Below are positions 60,714-64,000 of a DNA stretch of 64,000 bases, piece after piece. Below the pieces are notes generated by a model. The model was given only the letters and a program-made list of their open reading frames with translations, was not told the origin of the DNA and did no database searches. The position numbers and the translations under genes are program-made. The DNA comes from a virus, in IMG/VR virus record IMGVR_UViG_3300045988_085724, positions 32,001-96,000 of that record. The stretch is one strand, 5' to 3'. How positions within the stretch are numbered: position 1 is the first letter of the stretch; each line of letters opens with the position of its first letter.

Positions 60714-61288
60714 TGAAACGCTGCTTGTCACCTGGTTCGGTAGCACTCATCAAGTATTTGTTGAGTGACGAACGAATCTCTGACAAGGTATTTAACAACA
60801 CTAAAGATAAAGCTAAGTATAAATCGATAACTATCCGAGAAGATGGTACGATTATACTTGGCAAAACAAGTTGTCTTTGGTGGAATCAGTTATTGGCTTG
60901 TCAGGATAAAATTCCATTCAACGATTTTGCGTTGAAAGTATGGGACGCTTTGGTAAACCTCTCTACAGGAGGTAATTCTGAAGCACTTGAACACGGACTT
61001 AGTACTGAGATTGCGAACTTATCACAACGCGAAGGCGATTACGATAATTTAGTTCATCGTTTGGTGGACTGCTATGAACATGTATGTAATAATAAGGGAA
61101 AACTGCCTCTCGAGGGAGGCTCGGAGAAGTCGGATCTGGAAGGGACTCTTAAAAAGCATATTAATGTTCCGAGCAATATCGTGATCAACGTCGATGGAGT
61201 GAAAAAGAAAACTCTCTCTTTCAACGATAGTTTTGGTGATAAATGGATTGATGTAGATTTGGGAGTGACAGGAGTAAGTATTCGATAG
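60713..61288 (+). CDS. hypothetical protein (ends TAG-TAA)
   Basis: ATGA-type overlap with the previous stop. Confidence 0.6.
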   Translation: MKRCLSPGSVALIKYLLSDERISDKVFNNTKDKAKYKSITIREDGTIILGKTSCLWWNQLLACQDKIPFNDFALKVWDALVNLSTGGNSEALEHGLSTEIANLSQREGDYDNLVHRLVDCYEHVCNNKGKLPLEGGSEKSDLEGTLKKHINVPSNIVINVDGVKKKTLSFNDSFGDKWIDVDLGVTGVSIR

Positions 61289-61595
61289 TAATTAAGGTAA
61301 TTATATAAATCTTGCGGGATTTCGTGCTGTATTACCGAGGTATTTATAGCACATCTTACTAAGATTATTAAAGAGTATTTATAAATGTTATAACTGATCT
61401 ATATTACCATATATCAGCAAAATAGCGGCGTATCTATCCTAAACGATTTGTATTACAAATCAGAGCATTGTATCTGCGGATTTCAATGTTCAAGGGTAGA
61501 TATGTCAATTTATTATACAGTTGTACGTATAATAAATACAGGTAGATGATGAACTCGAATTCAACTAACTGAAGTTTAATTTAAATCAAAACTAT

Positions 61596-62141
61596 ATGAA
61601 TAAGACATCAATGAAATTGAATTCAAGTAACATTATTAACATTCGTAAAGATCTTTGTGAGAAGATAACGAAGTATTGGCGAACTATTCGTAACGAAAAC
61701 GTTATGTCAACTAAAGCGATTAAGGCAGGACTCGGTTCGGGTTGTGACCTTAAATCTTTGCATAATGAGATTACTCAGATGGCAGAAAAGCGTATCATAG
61801 TTAAAGGTATGCTAATGTATCTTAATATGGGCCTAAAGTTTGACTTGGCCGCATTTAAGAAGAGCAATAACTATGCTATTTTTGCAGCATGCGAGGCAAA
61901 AGAAGCAATTGCTCAACTCAAAATGATTCCTACTATCAACCCTGTAGAAAAATCGCAAAAAGGGCTAAAGGGTACTGGAAAGAAGGAAACATTCACTAGT
62001 GCAAAAATTGCACAATTGATAAAGAATCTTCAGTTGAAGGCGAATAAATATGACTCTCAATTGGAGAAATTTAATACAGAGACTACAATCGATATTCCCG
62101 AAAGCTTATCTAATATGTTTAAGGACGATATCGCTGTATAA
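61596..62141 (+). CDS. hypothetical protein
   Basis: Intact 181-aa ORF. Confidence 0.6.
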   Translation: MNKTSMKLNSSNIINIRKDLCEKITKYWRTIRNENVMSTKAIKAGLGSGCDLKSLHNEITQMAEKRIIVKGMLMYLNMGLKFDLAAFKKSNNYAIFAACEAKEAIAQLKMIPTINPVEKSQKGLKGTGKKETFTSAKIAQLIKNLQLKANKYDSQLEKFNTETTIDIPESLSNMFKDDIAV

Positions 62142-62261
62142 AATAACTCTGACTCGGTGTGAAGGACCTTATAGGTAACTATAATTACAGATCGTGGCTG
62201 TAACGAGTCACTTCCCTTTTTCTCTAAGTAATAACATGTTTAATTAAAAATCATTATCAAA

Positions 62262-63095
62262 ATGAAAAAGAAAACTAAAAATATAAAGGCAAAGAAGTCT
62301 GTAACATTGAACAAGTCTAATAAGACAGTGAATAAAACTGAAGTAGCTAAAGCGAAACAGGAAAAGGCAGACAAACTTAAAAAAGAAAAGAACGAACGGA
62401 AAGAACAAAATATAGCAAACAATCAATTAGCTTTAGATAAGTTAAGTAAAGCCGCTATAGATAAATTAAGCAAGGCATTGTTGTCGATGGGTGGGGTTAA
62501 GAAAACAGAACTAACTCCGAAAGACAAGGAACTTGTTAAAAAGAAGACAGAAGAACTGCGTGAGCTACGAAAACAGCAATACGAGCAACGTAGATTGCGA
62601 TCACTAAAACGTCGACTTAAGCTAGGCGAAAAATCCGAAGAAGAGATGAAAAAGTCTCTCGAGGAACTAAAGAAAGAAATGGCAGAACAAAAGCGCTATG
62701 ACGTGCTACTATTGTTCAATCCAAAAGAGAAAGAACCTATTTCTGCAGCATTAGCGGAAAACAAAATAACAGCGACTTATATAAGCAATGATTATCTGTG
62801 GATAAAGAACACAGATATCCACATTGTCAATAAACTGCGTGGTCTGCCATTGAAGTTCAATTTATGGCCATACAAAGCAGTAGAACCTAAAGATCCAAAA
62901 GAAAAAGCCTCGAAAAAGCCTACTGTTAGCAAGACTGTAAAAAAGCCTACTGCCAATACTGTACAAGTACGTAGAGCAGCAAAAACGCGTAGAAAAACTA
63001 CGAATTTAGCTAAATTTATGGCTAAACACGCTCATGCTGTAGCTAAAATAGCTGAACGTAAAACCATCAACCAAACCGTTAAACAAGCAGCTTGA
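62262..63095 (+). CDS. very basic K-rich protein (nucleic-acid-binding candidate)
   Basis: 277 aa with long K/E/R tracts. Confidence 0.6.
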   Translation: MKKKTKNIKAKKSVTLNKSNKTVNKTEVAKAKQEKADKLKKEKNERKEQNIANNQLALDKLSKAAIDKLSKALLSMGGVKKTELTPKDKELVKKKTEELRELRKQQYEQRRLRSLKRRLKLGEKSEEEMKKSLEELKKEMAEQKRYDVLLLFNPKEKEPISAALAENKITATYISNDYLWIKNTDIHIVNKLRGLPLKFNLWPYKAVEPKDPKEKASKKPTVSKTVKKPTANTVQVRRAAKTRRKTTNLAKFMAKHAHAVAKIAERKTINQTVKQAA

Positions 63096-63097
63096 TT

Positions 63098-63832
63098 ATG
63101 AAAAAGACTATAAATAAACAAAAGTTAGCGCAAGAGCGCAGCTATAACCGCAAATATAACGTTAATAACAACTGTGTGCCTCCTGTTGTAAAGAATCCGT
63201 ATAAAACGACGGATAAAGAAGGAAACACACATATAGAATGGAAAGCTCTTAAGGTTACCATTCCAAAAGGTCTAACGCGTACGTCACGTTATGACAAAGT
63301 TGACGGTAAAAAAGTAAAGATTCCATCGGAACAGGGTGAATTTCACAAAAAATACACCATAAAAGGTATAGTGAAAAACTCTAAAGAGTACATTGAGGCA
63401 TACGCCAAATATAAATTGGCTAAATGGGAGAAGAAGAATCCTTGCCCAATAAAATTGGATGGAATTCAGCAGGATATGTTTGAAACCGAGTTCCTTATTC
63501 CTTGGCAAGAAAAGCGAAAGGAAGCTGAGAAGAAAGCATATGCCCATGCTGTACGAGTGTACGGACAATTTTCATTAGTCGGACGATTTAAAACAGATCG
63601 AGAAGGCAAATATGAAGAACATACAATCGGAAAATTACGCGATATAGATGGTAGTACTGCCAAATATGGTGGTATTAACCATTGTCCCGAGAAAGTACCG
63701 ATTATTCAAGCTGCTACGCTAATAGCAAATACAACAAAAGCTAAAATAAAGACTCTTGTATCAATAGTGGTAAAAGATTCTTACAACACACAAGGCCGAA
63801 TAATTCTGCCTAAGTTGTCAGAAGCAGCTTAA
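63098..63832 (+). CDS. basic hypothetical protein
   Basis: ATG at 63098 just after the previous TGA. Ends TAATAA. Confidence 0.6.
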   Translation: MKKTINKQKLAQERSYNRKYNVNNNCVPPVVKNPYKTTDKEGNTHIEWKALKVTIPKGLTRTSRYDKVDGKKVKIPSEQGEFHKKYTIKGIVKNSKEYIEAYAKYKLAKWEKKNPCPIKLDGIQQDMFETEFLIPWQEKRKEAEKKAYAHAVRVYGQFSLVGRFKTDREGKYEEHTIGKLRDIDGSTAKYGGINHCPEKVPIIQAATLIANTTKAKIKTLVSIVVKDSYNTQGRIILPKLSEAA

Positions 63833-63843
63833 TAATTTTTCCA

Positions 63844-63934
63844 TGCAGTGAAGTCTATGTGCGCATAGCTCCTGAAGAGAGATGACATCGTAGCGGATAA
63901 CGTCTCTTAGTGGGTTCGAGTCCCACCACTGCAA
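63844..63934 (+). ncRNA. tRNA-like element: 7-bp acceptor, 5-bp/4-nt D-like hairpin and T-arm, with a long AAGAGA...TCTCTT hairpin instead of an anticodon arm
   Basis: Reads TGCAGTG-AA-GT-CTATG-TGCG-CATAG-...AAGAGA[22 nt]TCTCTT-A-GTGGG-TTCGAGT-CCCAC-CACTGCA-A. Confidence 0.45.
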
Positions 63935-64000
63935 CTATATTAACTAAGAACCTTTGAGTCATGATAATACGAAATTCCGTCGTAATAGTATACGACATAG

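Noticed and set aside
63868-63910. CTGAAGAG within the terminal tRNA-like element looked like a hammerhead core.
   Set aside because: The GAGA...TCTC helix that follows is not succeeded by GAA. The remaining core is absent.
1-64000. A CRISPR array, integrase or attachment site, transposase, reverse transcriptase or recognisable defence/anti-defence enzymes.
   Set aside because: I saw no regularly spaced direct repeats and no ORF with the corresponding motifs. The tRNA-like fragments are not flanked by an integrase.

Overview
This window is an AT-rich dsDNA phage fragment whose gene order and protein signatures match a crAss-like (Crassvirales) phage. It has two divergent modules. (1) Positions 1-39.7 kb on the minus strand carry packaging, capsid, tail, lysis and virion-protein genes: TerL, portal, scaffold, MCP, a roughly 1570-codon structural gene, tail fibres, and a holin/endolysin/spanin-like cassette. 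(2) Positions 39.85-63.8 kb on the plus strand carry about 45 small, mostly unknown genes. Recognisable ones are ThyX, a DUF3310-like protein, an HExxH protein, and an ECF-type sigma factor with an adjacent membrane protein.

The minus-strand module cannot be read in the standard code. Most genes there are broken by in-frame TAG (cta on the given strand), while TAA and TGA act as the real stops. Reading TAG as sense, most likely Gln, merges the fragmented track ORFs into long genes. I re-derived the boundaries by hand for most of them. The plus-strand module reads cleanly in the standard code.

At the module boundary sits a minus-strand tRNA cluster. It includes a tRNA whose anticodon loop is split by a 190-nt group I intron, and splicing would create a CUA (amber suppressor) anticodon.

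The plus-strand module also holds about 4.8 kb of ORF-free, hairpin-rich sequence. This contains three hammerhead-ribozyme motifs (one canonical, two sharing an unusual minimal stem II), tRNA-Met(CAU), tRNA-Gln(UUG), and several tRNA-like elements. One pair of those elements looks like a circularly permuted tmRNA tRNA-like domain. There is also a 2.2-kb block with no coding potential. All calls are by eye from the sequence; no search tools were run.
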